Program-made: the position numbers and the translations under genes
In this document: piece after piece, positions 50,609 through 60,128 of the stretch
How positions within the stretch are numbered: position 1 is the first letter of the stretch
Layout of the letters: each line of letters opens with the position of its first letter
The notes under the pieces: model-generated
The model's input: only the letters and a program-made list of their open reading frames with translations
What the model was told of the DNA's origin: nothing
Databases searched by the model: none
DNA from: a virus
Reading direction: 5' to 3' (one strand)
Virus record (IMG/VR): IMGVR_UViG_3300032282_002676
Coordinates: 5,647 to 69,646 of that record
Length of the DNA stretch: 64,000 nucleotides

Positions 50609-52486
50609 TTAAAAGGTTATTGTTCCCGCACTTGTAAATATGTAAATTTTATAATTAGCGGCATATAAGAAATTTGGCGATCCTGTTGTAGATGTTGCAT
50701 TCGAATAATTGTTAGGATATCGTATCATAACAATTCCTGATCCACCATTTCTACCAAAATTACTAGCACCGCCACCACCAGAACCTCCACCACCACCAGT
50801 TCCATTTGCGCCAACAGTCGATACTGTATAAGCACCAGCACCATTTCCACCGCCACAGTTATAGAAACCTACACCACCATAATGATTAGATGAGCCTGCT
50901 CCACCGCCAGCATAACCAACATTTGAACCTGTAAATGTTGAAAATAATCCTGTGCCACCCGATCCCGCTAAACGTGCATTGTATCGATCATCTGCACCAT
51001 AACCATTTTCGCCAGCACCCGTTGCACCACCACCGCCACCACCACCAGAACCACCAAATGGTCCACCACCGTCGGATCCTCCACCATTGCTACCTTCACG
51101 TGGAGTGTAACCACCAAGATTACCTGAACCACCAAATCTACCGAGAGGTGTACTGAATGGTGCACCACCACCTCCACCTCCGGAACCGCCAGGATTACCA
51201 TTTACAACATATCCTCCACCACCACCGCCGCCAGATGACCATAATGAGAATGTTGAATTGTAAAAACCTGAATTGGCACCATTAGCACCATTAGCACTAC
51301 TGTTTCCTGCAGCACCTCCACCAACAACAATCGTATATGCTACACCAGTGCCTATGTCTAATGACAATCCTGTTCGTAAACCACCTGCTCCACCACCACC
51401 GCCACCATATCCTCCTAATTGACCACCAGCGCCACCACCACCAACAACAAAGTATTCAACTGCTGGTGTAGCAGTAGATGGACCAGGATTCGCAGCACCA
51501 CCTGAAGAAGGAAATATTATACTTCCTGAATTTGTAAATTTATATACTTTATAATCAGAAGTTGTTGTATAGATTGGATTGCCAGTTACTGCCGCATCAC
51601 CATATACGATAGGATATCTGAACATGATAATTCCAGAACCACCAGCATATGCTCTCGTATTATAATCATAGATTTGTGCAGCGGTACTGCCACCTCCTCC
51701 ACCACCTGTCGATTGTGTTCCTGTTGATCCGAATGGACCACCCCACGCAAAACTGTATGTTGTGCCACCGTTACCACCACCGAAAGGTGTGGCAAGAATT
51801 GCACCGTTCGAACCATAATTAACATAACCACCACCACCAAAACCCGCATTACCATATCTTGTGCCACCTCCACCGCCGCCAGCATATGCTGTATTTGTTC
51901 CATCAAATGTAGTGAAAATACCTATACCACCGTTACCGCCCCATTCAGCAGGTGCACCAGGATTAGTAAATGTAGCAGCACCTCCTGCACCACCTCCACC
52001 GCCGCCACCTACAGCACCAGAACCAGAACTGCCTATATTTCCTTCTGATGGTGTATAACCACCAAGATTACCTAATCCATACGTATTTGGTCCAGGATTA
52101 TATCCACCACCGCCACCACCATTACCTCCAGACATTCCTTGACTAGCATTAGGTAAACCACCAATATAACCGCCACCACCACCGCCGCCAGTGCTCCAAT
52201 AAGAAAATGATGTGTTATAGAAACCAGAGTTTGCGCCGTTTGCTGAACCACCTCCGCCTGCACCTACACTAATATAATAAACAGAATCTTGTTTAATACT
52301 ATTGGATAAAAAGAATTGTCTTACACCACCCGCACCACCGCCACCGCCACGACCATTATTGCCACCGCCACCGCCACCTGCGACAACAAAATAATCAACT
52401 AAAAAAGGAGGTAACACTGTACCGGATGCTCTTATGAGACCATAAGATTTTATGGAACTTGAGAAAGATGCAAAGATAGGAGGCAT
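50609..52486 (-). CDS. Glycine-rich two-module putative adhesin
   Basis: 625 aa; two V(D/E)YFVV.GGG...GGSGI.M.RYP...YK.Y.FT..G.I modules. Confidence 0.85.
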   Translation of the reverse strand: MPPIFASFSSSIKSYGLIRASGTVLPPFLVDYFVVAGGGGGGNNGRGGGGGAGGVRQFFLSNSIKQDSVYYISVGAGGGGSANGANSGFYNTSFSYWSTGGGGGGGYIGGLPNASQGMSGGNGGGGGGYNPGPNTYGLGNLGGYTPSEGNIGSSGSGAVGGGGGGGAGGAATFTNPGAPAEWGGNGGIGIFTTFDGTNTAYAGGGGGGTRYGNAGFGGGGYVNYGSNGAILATPFGGGNGGTTYSFAWGGPFGSTGTQSTGGGGGGSTAAQIYDYNTRAYAGGSGIIMFRYPIVYGDAAVTGNPIYTTTSDYKVYKFTNSGSIIFPSSGGAANPGPSTATPAVEYFVVGGGGAGGQLGGYGGGGGGAGGLRTGLSLDIGTGVAYTIVVGGGAAGNSSANGANGANSGFYNSTFSLWSSGGGGGGGYVVNGNPGGSGGGGGGAPFSTPLGRFGGSGNLGGYTPREGSNGGGSDGGGPFGGSGGGGGGGATGAGENGYGADDRYNARLAGSGGTGLFSTFTGSNVGYAGGGAGSSNHYGGVGFYNCGGGNGAGAYTVSTVGANGTGGGGGSGGGGASNFGRNGGSGIVMIRYPNNYSNATSTTGSPNFLYAANYKIYIFTSAGTITF

Positions 52487-52488
52487 AG

Positions 52489-54087
52489 TTAGAAAGGTCC
52501 AAATCTAGTAACAATAGGTCCATTATCACCGCCACCAGTTCTAATGTATGGATGTCTATTGTTACCACTGTTATCTATAAGTGTGGCACTCTGTAATCCA
52601 AGAAATAAAGTTGTTGCAGCATTGGTGACTACACCCAATGGTGAGGTTGGTACAGTTAAGTCAGAGCCTGGTGTATATACTACACTATTTGTTATACGAA
52701 GATTAGAAATATAACCATTGTAACGACCTGAACCGTTTACGAAATTTCCAACAACCCAGTTTGTTTGTGCATTACCATTAACGGCACCTTGACTACCTGC
52801 TTGTACTCCATTTATCCAATAATACTGTGTACCACTATTTCTTGAAATTACAATATGATTCCAAGAACCAGGTTTATAACGAAGTGACGCTAAACCACCA
52901 CCGCCGCAATTGAAACATGACGCATCAATTCCTAATGGTGATGTACCATCAGTATTACTTCTAGCATACAAATACCATGTATTATTTCCAGAATCTGGAC
53001 CCATAAGGCAACCACCACCAGTATCATTACCAGTAGCAACAGGAAATATAAATGCTTCCCACGTAAAGTTTGCATTTGGAAATGTTGAACCGATTGGTGC
53101 ATACAACCAAGTTGCATTATCAGTTGTAGTATCCGTACCGAAGAATTGTACCGAGTATGTGCCACTTGTCGTACCATAGTTATTTCCCGCAGGTAATGCT
53201 ACATTCGCACCCGATCTTTGATATTTGAGAATAACAATACCTGTACCACCTTTGCCGCCTATATTACCGCCATGTGATCCACCTCCACCACCTCCAGTAT
53301 TATCAGCACCAGCACCAGCAGCACCTTGACTTCCAGCAGCACCACCTCCAGGTGATCCTACAGGACCACCGTTTGTACCACCAGCACCACCAGGATTTGA
53401 TTCACCACCACCACCGCCGCCACCACAGTATGTTGTTGGTGTACCTGATATTGCTGAGAGTATTCCAGTACCACCAGCACCGCCACCAGAACCTGCATTA
53501 GCACCAACCGCACCAGCACCTCCACCACCTCCACCACCGCCACCAGCAGTACCAGCAGCATTACCGCCATTATTTCCTTGACCTGGCGTACCTTGTCCTA
53601 CTACACCACCACCTTGAGGTTCAGCGCAACCTCCACCAGAACCGCCATTGCCGCCAGAACCTCCATTGTGTGCTCCACCACCACCACCTGTTGCCCAAAT
53701 AGAAGAAGATGCATTTTGAATTCCAGAATTGGCACCGTTGAGTGAACGACCTTTCCCCCAATACGGTTGAAATGGTGATGGTTCTGGATATCCACCACCG
53801 CCAACAAATATTAGATACGGTGCACCCGGAGTAACTGCCCAATTTGTTCCTGATTTATAACCGCCAGCACCTCCGCCACCAGCACCTGCACCACCCTGTA
53901 AAGAACCCCCCGCACCACCGCCAGCAACAACAAGATAGTCAACTGTAGTGGTACCAGCAGGCGGTATCCATTGTGTAGTAAATGTGAATATTTGGACGGT
54001 GTTGATTAAACTAGCAACGCCGCTAGGTCTAATTAGTCCGTATGATCTGCTTGAACCAGAACCAAGAGAGGAGAGAATAGGTGGCAT
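52489..54087 (-). CDS. Glycine-rich protein with C-terminal LamG/ConA-like lectin domain
   Basis: Gly-rich module followed by NFTWEAFIFP...WNHIVISRNSGT.YYWING...GYISNLRITN. Confidence 0.8.
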   Translation of the reverse strand: MPPILSSLGSGSSRSYGLIRPSGVASLINTVQIFTFTTQWIPPAGTTTVDYLVVAGGGAGGSLQGGAGAGGGGAGGYKSGTNWAVTPGAPYLIFVGGGGYPEPSPFQPYWGKGRSLNGANSGIQNASSSIWATGGGGGAHNGGSGGNGGSGGGCAEPQGGGVVGQGTPGQGNNGGNAAGTAGGGGGGGGGAGAVGANAGSGGGAGGTGILSAISGTPTTYCGGGGGGGESNPGGAGGTNGGPVGSPGGGAAGSQGAAGAGADNTGGGGGGSHGGNIGGKGGTGIVILKYQRSGANVALPAGNNYGTTSGTYSVQFFGTDTTTDNATWLYAPIGSTFPNANFTWEAFIFPVATGNDTGGGCLMGPDSGNNTWYLYARSNTDGTSPLGIDASCFNCGGGGLASLRYKPGSWNHIVISRNSGTQYYWINGVQAGSQGAVNGNAQTNWVVGNFVNGSGRYNGYISNLRITNSVVYTPGSDLTVPTSPLGVVTNAATTLFLGLQSATLIDNSGNNRHPYIRTGGGDNGPIVTRFGPF

Positions 54088-54088
54088 A

Positions 54089-54123
54089 AAATAAGTGAGT
54101 ATTGGTTAACTCACTTATTTATA
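54089..54123 (-). promoter_or_regulatory. T4-type late promoter overlapping a 12-bp hairpin
   Basis: TATAAATA at 54123-54116; AAATAAGTGAGT-N8-ACTCACTTATTT ends 1 nt before the ATG at 54087. Confidence 0.8.
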
Positions 54124-54124
54124 C

Positions 54125-54298
54125 TTACCCTTTGAGGAGTTGTTGCGTAGATTCGTTCTGTTGACTTTCGCCGAAGTCGTGGACGGACAGTTTGATGAGT
54201 TCTCTTCGAAGATTTTCCAACTCAGTTCGGTCTTGCTCGGACGCTGCCATCTTTGCTTCTAGTGTGGCAATCCGTTTAAGTAATAGGTCTCTAAACAT
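54125..54298 (-). CDS. Small coiled-coil hypothetical protein (not in the ORF track)
   Basis: MFRDLLLKRIATLEAKMAASEQDRTELENLRRELIKL...QQLLKG*, 57 aa; SD AAGGA. Confidence 0.6.
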   Translation of the reverse strand: MFRDLLLKRIATLEAKMAASEQDRTELENLRRELIKLSVHDFGESQQNESTQQLLKG

Positions 54299-54443
54299 AA
54301 TCCTTTTCCTGTTTCATTAGTCGGTACAGGGTCTTATCGTGGTGTTTCTGTTTTTGATTCTGTTGACCGTAATCATTAGCATCACGGTTCTTACGAAATT
54401 TAGTTCTTTCAGGTTTCTGAAACTTCTTGCCTCCAGACAACAT
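54291..54443 (-). CDS. Small basic hypothetical protein
   Basis: Start MLSGGKKF with SD AGGAG. Confidence 0.55.
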   Translation of the reverse strand: MLSGGKKFQKPERTKFRKNRDANDYGQQNQKQKHHDKTLYRLMKQEKDYV

Positions 54444-54456
54444 ATTTATTACTCTC

Positions 54457-54990
54457 CTAGAAAATGATATCTGCAAATCCGAGTTCTATCAACTGCTCTG
54501 CCGTTAACCAAACATCGCTCGGTTTCAATAGTTTGGTTCCTACCTCTTGTTCAGTCAATCTGCTAGTCCGTGCTAGTTCTGCAACCATACGGTAATTGAT
54601 TCTGTCAATCTCTTCAGAATATGCTCTCATGTCATGGTACTTGCCGGCATATTCGTGATTGAACTGGTGAATCATAATGCTAGTGTTTTTGGCGATTGCT
54701 CTCTGACCTTTTGTACCAGCAGCAAATATCATAAACGCAGAACTCATTAGATTGCCCATGCCGACAGTTGCGATAGGTACAGGAGAGGTACGCATCACAT
54801 CCATCAAAGCAAATGCATCGGTTAAATTACCACCATCAGAATTGACATACATTTTCATCGGATGTTCTGGTGATGGATTCCTAGCACCCATCATTATCCA
54901 ACGAATTGCTTTTTCTATACTTTCACCATCTACATTACCAGTAAAGAAGTGGTTGTAATCATCAAAAGGTAGTTCTTCAGTTTTTTTCAT
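54457..54990 (-). CDS. clpP: ClpP-family protease subunit
   Basis: MYVNSDGG; GNLMSSAFMIFAAGTKGQR; IMIHQ; D.WLTAEQ...GFAD.I (Ser-His-Asp triad positions). Confidence 0.88.
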   Translation of the reverse strand: MKKTEELPFDDYNHFFTGNVDGESIEKAIRWIMMGARNPSPEHPMKMYVNSDGGNLTDAFALMDVMRTSPVPIATVGMGNLMSSAFMIFAAGTKGQRAIAKNTSIMIHQFNHEYAGKYHDMRAYSEEIDRINYRMVAELARTSRLTEQEVGTKLLKPSDVWLTAEQLIELGFADIIF

Positions 54991-55915
54991 GCCAAGCATA
55001 CGCCGTTCGTAAGATAGATTTTAAGTCGTGTTTGGGTTTGAATTTGAGGTGCTTTTTAGCAAGGTCAGTGATAGCAACAAGGCGTGGTGGATCACCCTCA
55101 CGCTTTTTACCAAATTTATGGGTTATAGTTATTCCCAGTTCTTCAGTCGCCGTGTTAATCACTTCTAATACCGAATATCCCTTGCCAGTTCCTAGATTGA
55201 ATAGAGTTGGTTGATTTGCTACCTTTGTCTGCATGTAATTGTCAGCAGCAACATGAGCATCAGCAACATCAGACACGTGTACATAGTCCCGAATACATGT
55301 ACCGTCTGGTGTTCTGTAATCTTTACCATTGATGATAAAGTTATTTAGATTTTCGAACATTACTGGAATTAGATGAGTCTCTGGATTGTGCATCTCACCC
55401 ATCTCACCATCTAGATCAGCACCAGCAAGATTGAAGAACCTAAAGATAATATGGTTCATCGTCGAATTGCGAATTGCACATTCCGCAGCATACTTACTGT
55501 TTGCATACGGATTGTTTTCTGCTATAGCGTCTTTTTCCGAAAGATCAGTGCCAGCAGACCGATATAAACCGGCAGTAGAAGAATAAACAATATTCCTAAC
55601 ATTATATTCCCTCATTAATTGGAGTAGGTTTGTTGTGCCACCCACATTGACATCCCAGAACAATTCGGGATGCTCCATTGATTCGCCAACTTCAATACGA
55701 CCTGCTAAGTGAAATACCACATCAATATCATCACTTTTAAATGGTCGTTCTAAAATTAAATCACGAATATCACCAATCACAGCATCATCCCAATAGAGCA
55801 TGTTGCGTGGTGATTTTATATCAAAGCAGATCGTTTTATAACCTGCCTTCTTTAATGCTTTTGCTAAATGACTACCAAGATACCCTGCACCGCCTGTCAC
55901 CAATGCTGTTCTCAT
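54977..55915 (-). CDS. galE: UDP-glucose 4-epimerase-like SDR
   Basis: LVTGGAGYLGSH; H.AG.IEVGES; YSSTA; YANSK (YxxxK); ETHLIP; TPDGTCIRDYVHVSD. Confidence 0.9.
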   Translation of the reverse strand: MRTALVTGGAGYLGSHLAKALKKAGYKTICFDIKSPRNMLYWDDAVIGDIRDLILERPFKSDDIDVVFHLAGRIEVGESMEHPELFWDVNVGGTTNLLQLMREYNVRNIVYSSTAGLYRSAGTDLSEKDAIAENNPYANSKYAAECAIRNSTMNHIIFRFFNLAGADLDGEMGEMHNPETHLIPVMFENLNNFIINGKDYRTPDGTCIRDYVHVSDVADAHVAADNYMQTKVANQPTLFNLGTGKGYSVLEVINTATEELGITITHKFGKKREGDPPRLVAITDLAKKHLKFKPKHDLKSILRTAYAWHEKN

Positions 55916-56409
55916 GCATCTCTTTCCGAAAGAATAGGATGTTTTACTGGCCAAAAGAAGTTGTGCATCGGATCATTCCATTTGATTGTGAACTGTGATT
56001 CACGATCATAATATTCACTTAACTTGTAACTGAACACCGCTTCATCTGACATAACCAAATGACCATTACCAAAACTTGATGGTATCAGGAGTTGATACTT
56101 ATTGCGGTCTGATAATGTAATTGTAAACCACTGATTGTATTGTTTAGAACCTTGATCACGATTGATAATGACCATGTGAATGGTACCATACAAACAAGTC
56201 ACAAGTTTGGTCGTTTTATTATCGCCATGAATTCCACGTAGAACATGTTTGCGTGATGTTGAAATACTGTCTACAACAAATGGACTAAAAGGCAATTCAT
56301 CACGATACATCACATCACAATATGATTCAAAGTTTGTGCCACGAAAATCTTCATAGACAACAGGTTGAATTAATTTTACGCCATCAAGTGCTGTATCCAA
56401 AATTCTCAT
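55912..56409 (-). CDS. rmlC: dTDP-4-dehydrorhamnose 3,5-epimerase
   Basis: D.RG..FE; S..HVLRGIH; KLVTC..G; IP..FGNG; WNDP..WP..PILSERD. Confidence 0.88.
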   Translation of the reverse strand: MRILDTALDGVKLIQPVVYEDFRGTNFESYCDVMYRDELPFSPFVVDSISTSRKHVLRGIHGDNKTTKLVTCLYGTIHMVIINRDQGSKQYNQWFTITLSDRNKYQLLIPSSFGNGHLVMSDEAVFSYKLSEYYDRESQFTIKWNDPMHNFFWPVKHPILSERDA

Positions 56410-57162
56410 TTATGCTCCCACGATTGTTATGCCAGGTCCAACAACATATTCGGTACTATTCTTTTGTTTCCAAGGAAAACCATTTGGATACTGTTTTTCG
56501 TTCTCAGCATTACCTTTGTCAAAGAACTCCTTATTGACAGAATTGTCATTACCATCTAATCGATAATTCAAGGTATATTCTTTAGTACATGCAAAATTTG
56601 GAAAGTATTGTTTTAATGAACCGAAGAATTGACGATCTGCACCCCACTGGCCATACCATGTTTGACCAACACGAATAGCAATATCACGTTTCACCATGAA
56701 TGATGAAGTATCAATATGATATTGATCTTTATTGAAATAAACTGGCCACTTGCCTAATGATTCACAGTTGTCCTCACAAAGATATTCACCGTCTTTGTCA
56801 ACGATCTTTCTTAGTGAGTATGCCCAATCAGCACCTGCTTTGATTTTCTCAACCAGTGTCTCAACGTGATTAGGCTCCAACCAATTGTCCTCATCAAGGT
56901 AACAAATAACATCAGCATTGACAAGAAAACCACATGCAGCATATACACGATGACCATACCAACCTTTACCAACATTCTCTTCAAGATGGACGGTTCTGAT
57001 TCGTGATGCACCAACAATTTCTTTATTGACTGTATCAGCATATTGTTCACCGTCAACATAAATGTAATGTACTAAATCTTCATAGGTTTGATTATCAACC
57101 GACTCGATGCACTTCTTTAGTGTCTTTGCTCCGATTGTTGGAGTCACTACCGCTACTTTCAT
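56410..57162 (-). CDS. Glycosyltransferase family 2
   Basis: VAVVTPT; CIESVDNQTY; YVDG; ICYLDEDN (DxD). Confidence 0.85.
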   Translation of the reverse strand: MKVAVVTPTIGAKTLKKCIESVDNQTYEDLVHYIYVDGEQYADTVNKEIVGASRIRTVHLEENVGKGWYGHRVYAACGFLVNADVICYLDEDNWLEPNHVETLVEKIKAGADWAYSLRKIVDKDGEYLCEDNCESLGKWPVYFNKDQYHIDTSSFMVKRDIAIRVGQTWYGQWGADRQFFGSLKQYFPNFACTKEYTLNYRLDGNDNSVNKEFFDKGNAENEKQYPNGFPWKQKNSTEYVVGPGITIVGA

Positions 57163-57253
57163 GTTTCACCTTTTTCTTAAAAATTGCATCCCAGTTAGCA
57201 TCAAATTTTTTCATTGGTATTTCTATTGGTCTAGGTTTCGATCCCTTACTCAT
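57095..57253 (-). CDS. Small phage hypothetical peptide
   Basis: MSKGSKPRP...FDANWDAIFKK; start overlaps the upstream stop; 3' end overlaps the GT2 start. Confidence 0.45.
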   Translation of the reverse strand: MSKGSKPRPIEIPMKKFDANWDAIFKKKVKHESSGSDSNNRSKDTKEVHRVG

Positions 57254-57671
57254 TCCACGCTTTCAATATTAAAGATGATGAGTTCTTTTTATCGGAACCA
57301 CCAATACCATATATAAATTTCCAACCATGAGCATTTGCTTCTGCATTGTTTGTTTCATTTCTATCACCACCATTTGCAAATACATATTCACTTGCTCTAG
57401 TATAATAGTATGTTCGCACTTTGTCAAGGAAATCATAAGCGGTACCATCAGAGTCATTAAACTCCCATACAGAATCAACCCACTTGATGGCCAATAGAAT
57501 ACCCTTACGTTCCTCAATATGCATAAATGGTTTACCCTTCTTACGAGTCAACCATGCATCGGAATTTACACCAACAACTAATCTATCACCTAACGCTGCC
57601 GCTTGACGAAGCATAGCAAGATGACCAGAATGAATTGGATCAAATCCACCAGATACCGCAACTATTCTCAT
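57246..57671 (-). CDS. Cytidylyl/adenylyl-transferase (HxGH family, TagD/RfaE-like)
   Basis: SGGFDPIHSGH; LVVGVNSDAWLTRKKGKPFM; FANGGDR; GG.DK.NSSS. Confidence 0.88.
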   Translation of the reverse strand: MRIVAVSGGFDPIHSGHLAMLRQAAALGDRLVVGVNSDAWLTRKKGKPFMHIEERKGILLAIKWVDSVWEFNDSDGTAYDFLDKVRTYYYTRASEYVFANGGDRNETNNAEANAHGWKFIYGIGGSDKKNSSSLILKAWNE

Positions 57672-58099
57672 ATGTTTATTCCTGGAAATGCTTCTTTCAC
57701 TAAAGCGGCAGTTAAACCTTTTACTTTAAATTTACCACGAATTAAATCTGCCATAATAGCAGCCTCATCTTTGTGAAGTGCTTCTAATACTACCTGAAGT
57801 TGTGGTGTTGTTTTTTCCGCAGTAAATTCTTTTGGACGATTAGGATGATTTTTGATAAACCGATACATCTTAGGCATTTCGGTATCAAGATAAGCATAGT
57901 TCAGTCCAGCAGGTTCTACTGCAGGTCGATATTTGTATGGTAGTTGAATATCCCATTCGACATTAGGATTCAATGCTAGTTCCAAAAAGAATCGGAATCT
58001 AGGATCATCATTTCTACGGAGAATGTTTATTTTATCCTCCTTTGTTGTTGCGTGTGTAAATTGTTCCAATATTTCGGAATATAATATTTCAGAACTCAT
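57668..58099 (-). CDS. Conserved T4-like hypothetical protein next to RNase H
   Basis: EIL...K..KI.IL; LEALHKDEA; KGLT..LVKEAFP. Confidence 0.7.
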   Translation of the reverse strand: MSSEILYSEILEQFTHATTKEDKINILRRNDDPRFRFFLELALNPNVEWDIQLPYKYRPAVEPAGLNYAYLDTEMPKMYRFIKNHPNRPKEFTAEKTTPQLQVVLEALHKDEAAIMADLIRGKFKVKGLTAALVKEAFPGINI

Positions 58100-58937
58100 C
58101 GATAATTTCCAATAAATTTTTCAAGCGGTTAGCAATCATATAATTCATAAAAACCTGCTTTGTTTTAGCAGAGGTATTTTCATATGTATCTATGATTGTT
58201 TTCTGCAATGATACAGGTATTTGTGTTAGATCAATTAGCAATTCATTTCGTTTGTAATTGCGAAGCATATCTTCATTACAGAACTCAGTCGGTTCTTGAT
58301 TCAACCAAACAATGATCTTTGCTTCAGTAATAGGTTTCTGACGGCCACCTTCAGTAAACACGGTGTCAGGCGACATAATGTTTGGAATACCATCACCTTT
58401 GTCACCACGAATAATCATCTGCTTCAACTGTACATACGGCAGAGGTTCTTTGATAAACTTTTTAAGTATAGGCGAAAACTGTTCGACATTGGAGAACTTT
58501 TGAAGTTGTGCAAAGTCTTTATCTGACGAAAGTATCATTACCTTTTCTTGTGATGATTGACGCATCGCCAATACAGCAATTATATCATCTGCCTCTGCGG
58601 TGTCAACATCAATCACTTTATAAGGCGAGTATAGTTTCAACTCTTCCTTGATCTTATGGAGACATTCAAAGATAGAATTCCAATCGTGACCAGAAGCATC
58701 TCTACTTTTTTTACGTGATGCTTTATACTGTGGGAAAAATTCACGGCGCCAGTAATTGCGATTGTCACAAGCAATCACAACTTCTGGTCCATGTGTGGCC
58801 TTGAATTTCTTCACATATGTACGGATCACATTTAAAATCATGTGACGTACCAGATTTTCTTCCACTGGTTTCTTGGAAGAACCTATCTGTTCCATAAGTG
58901 ACGAGATTGCCACTTGATTAAAGTCAAAGATAATCAT
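58089..58937 (-). CDS. rnh: T4-type RNase H (5'-3' exonuclease)
   Basis: VVIACD..NYWRREFFPQYKASR; EADDIIA; ILSSDKDFAQLQ; GDKGDGIPN; NYKRNELLIDL. Confidence 0.93.
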   Translation of the reverse strand: MIIFDFNQVAISSLMEQIGSSKKPVEENLVRHMILNVIRTYVKKFKATHGPEVVIACDNRNYWRREFFPQYKASRKKSRDASGHDWNSIFECLHKIKEELKLYSPYKVIDVDTAEADDIIAVLAMRQSSQEKVMILSSDKDFAQLQKFSNVEQFSPILKKFIKEPLPYVQLKQMIIRGDKGDGIPNIMSPDTVFTEGGRQKPITEAKIIVWLNQEPTEFCNEDMLRNYKRNELLIDLTQIPVSLQKTIIDTYENTSAKTKQVFMNYMIANRLKNLLEIIDEF

Positions 58938-60007
58938 TTTATCGTTCTCAATAGAATTGTATCATTATTGATTCGTCCTGTCAACACTCCTTCAGCAGCA
59001 CGAATATCGGTTAGTACATTTCGCAAAGCAACTTTACCACCTTCCAATACTTCAGGTAACGTTACCGCAGGTTTACGTAGAGTTTTTTGTATCGATTTAC
59101 TTTCGGCAAAATTCTGTATCGTAGAACCTTTAATACTTAGTCCAGCAGCATCCTCAGCATTATAACAACCGAGTTTGCGTGTTTTGGTATTATACACCCA
59201 CAATTGATTTGCACCGACAATTGTTTTAGGATCAACAGATACCAATTTTAATTCTGCAAAATCTTTGGCATAGTTTATTTTACTCACCAACTGATCTGGA
59301 GATTTTGCTTTGCGTTTACGTGGCTTACGTGATTTTACAGAATCGCCAGCAAGTCGCATGCCGTCAACAATTACTTGGTCACAATATGCCACTAATTTCT
59401 TTAGTTGCACTTTTGTAAAATTAGAATATGCTTCTTTGACCTCTGGATCAGTCGTTGTCAAAATCTCATCATATTCTGCACGGCGTATTTTAAAATAGTC
59501 AATTATAAATTTAGTATGAGCACCTTTTATTTCCAAAGTGTTCATTAGTCCATAGGGTGAAACATCAGCAGAAAACTTGGTAGTTATCAGTTCGTCAATT
59601 TGACCTTCCAACTCTCCAATACACTCACCCGCTTTCCGTTTGATATGATCTTGAATTGATATAACATTTGCAACTTTGGCAATTTTGGCAACAGGTTGTT
59701 TTGCATCTTTTAATTCCTCAATGATCGATTCGAACCAGATACGATTCTTAGACTCCAGGATCGCTCCGGTGCTCACCAAACGACAGATGTACCCAAATGT
59801 AGTGGGTTGTTGCTTAATCGCTTCTGGAGCCTGGATTTTAAGTATTTTTTTGAAATAATCGGTAGCATATTTTGTTGCATCTTTGCTATCACGATTTTGT
59901 GCAAACCAACTCAGCGCCTGGGTCAGTTCCGTTTGTGACACTTCACCCGAAAACTTGGGTTCTTTGTTGTTTGATAAAATTGCTTTAATGTCAATTGATT
60001 TACTCAT
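58934..60007 (-). CDS. Conserved T4-like hypothetical protein
   Basis: 357 aa; LVSVDP..IVGANQLWVYNTKTRKL; QKTLRKP; TGRIN.DTILL. Confidence 0.75.
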   Translation of the reverse strand: MSKSIDIKAILSNNKEPKFSGEVSQTELTQALSWFAQNRDSKDATKYATDYFKKILKIQAPEAIKQQPTTFGYICRLVSTGAILESKNRIWFESIIEELKDAKQPVAKIAKVANVISIQDHIKRKAGECIGELEGQIDELITTKFSADVSPYGLMNTLEIKGAHTKFIIDYFKIRRAEYDEILTTTDPEVKEAYSNFTKVQLKKLVAYCDQVIVDGMRLAGDSVKSRKPRKRKAKSPDQLVSKINYAKDFAELKLVSVDPKTIVGANQLWVYNTKTRKLGCYNAEDAAGLSIKGSTIQNFAESKSIQKTLRKPAVTLPEVLEGGKVALRNVLTDIRAAEGVLTGRINNDTILLRTIK

Positions 60008-60040
60008 AACATCCTCATGCCATTATTTAGTCGAACTTCT

Positions 60041-60070
60041 ATCCTAACATAAATACTAGGTGATTGTCAA
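60041..60070 (-). promoter_or_regulatory. Sigma70-type promoter overlapping a divergent late-like CATAAATA on the plus strand
   Basis: TTGACA-18 bp-TAGGAT on the minus strand; CATAAATA at 60048-60055 on the plus strand. Confidence 0.55.
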
Positions 60071-60128
60071 GTAATTGTCTTTTTGAACTTTTTTATGTTT
60101 CCTATACGAAAGATTACTAAAAGGACAA

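Noticed and set aside
15050-60007. Stop-codon reassignment, introns or inteins in core genes
   Set aside because: Core genes are intact in the standard code, TAA/TAG/TGA all end genes, no suppressor tRNA is present, and no intein or intron signatures were noticed.
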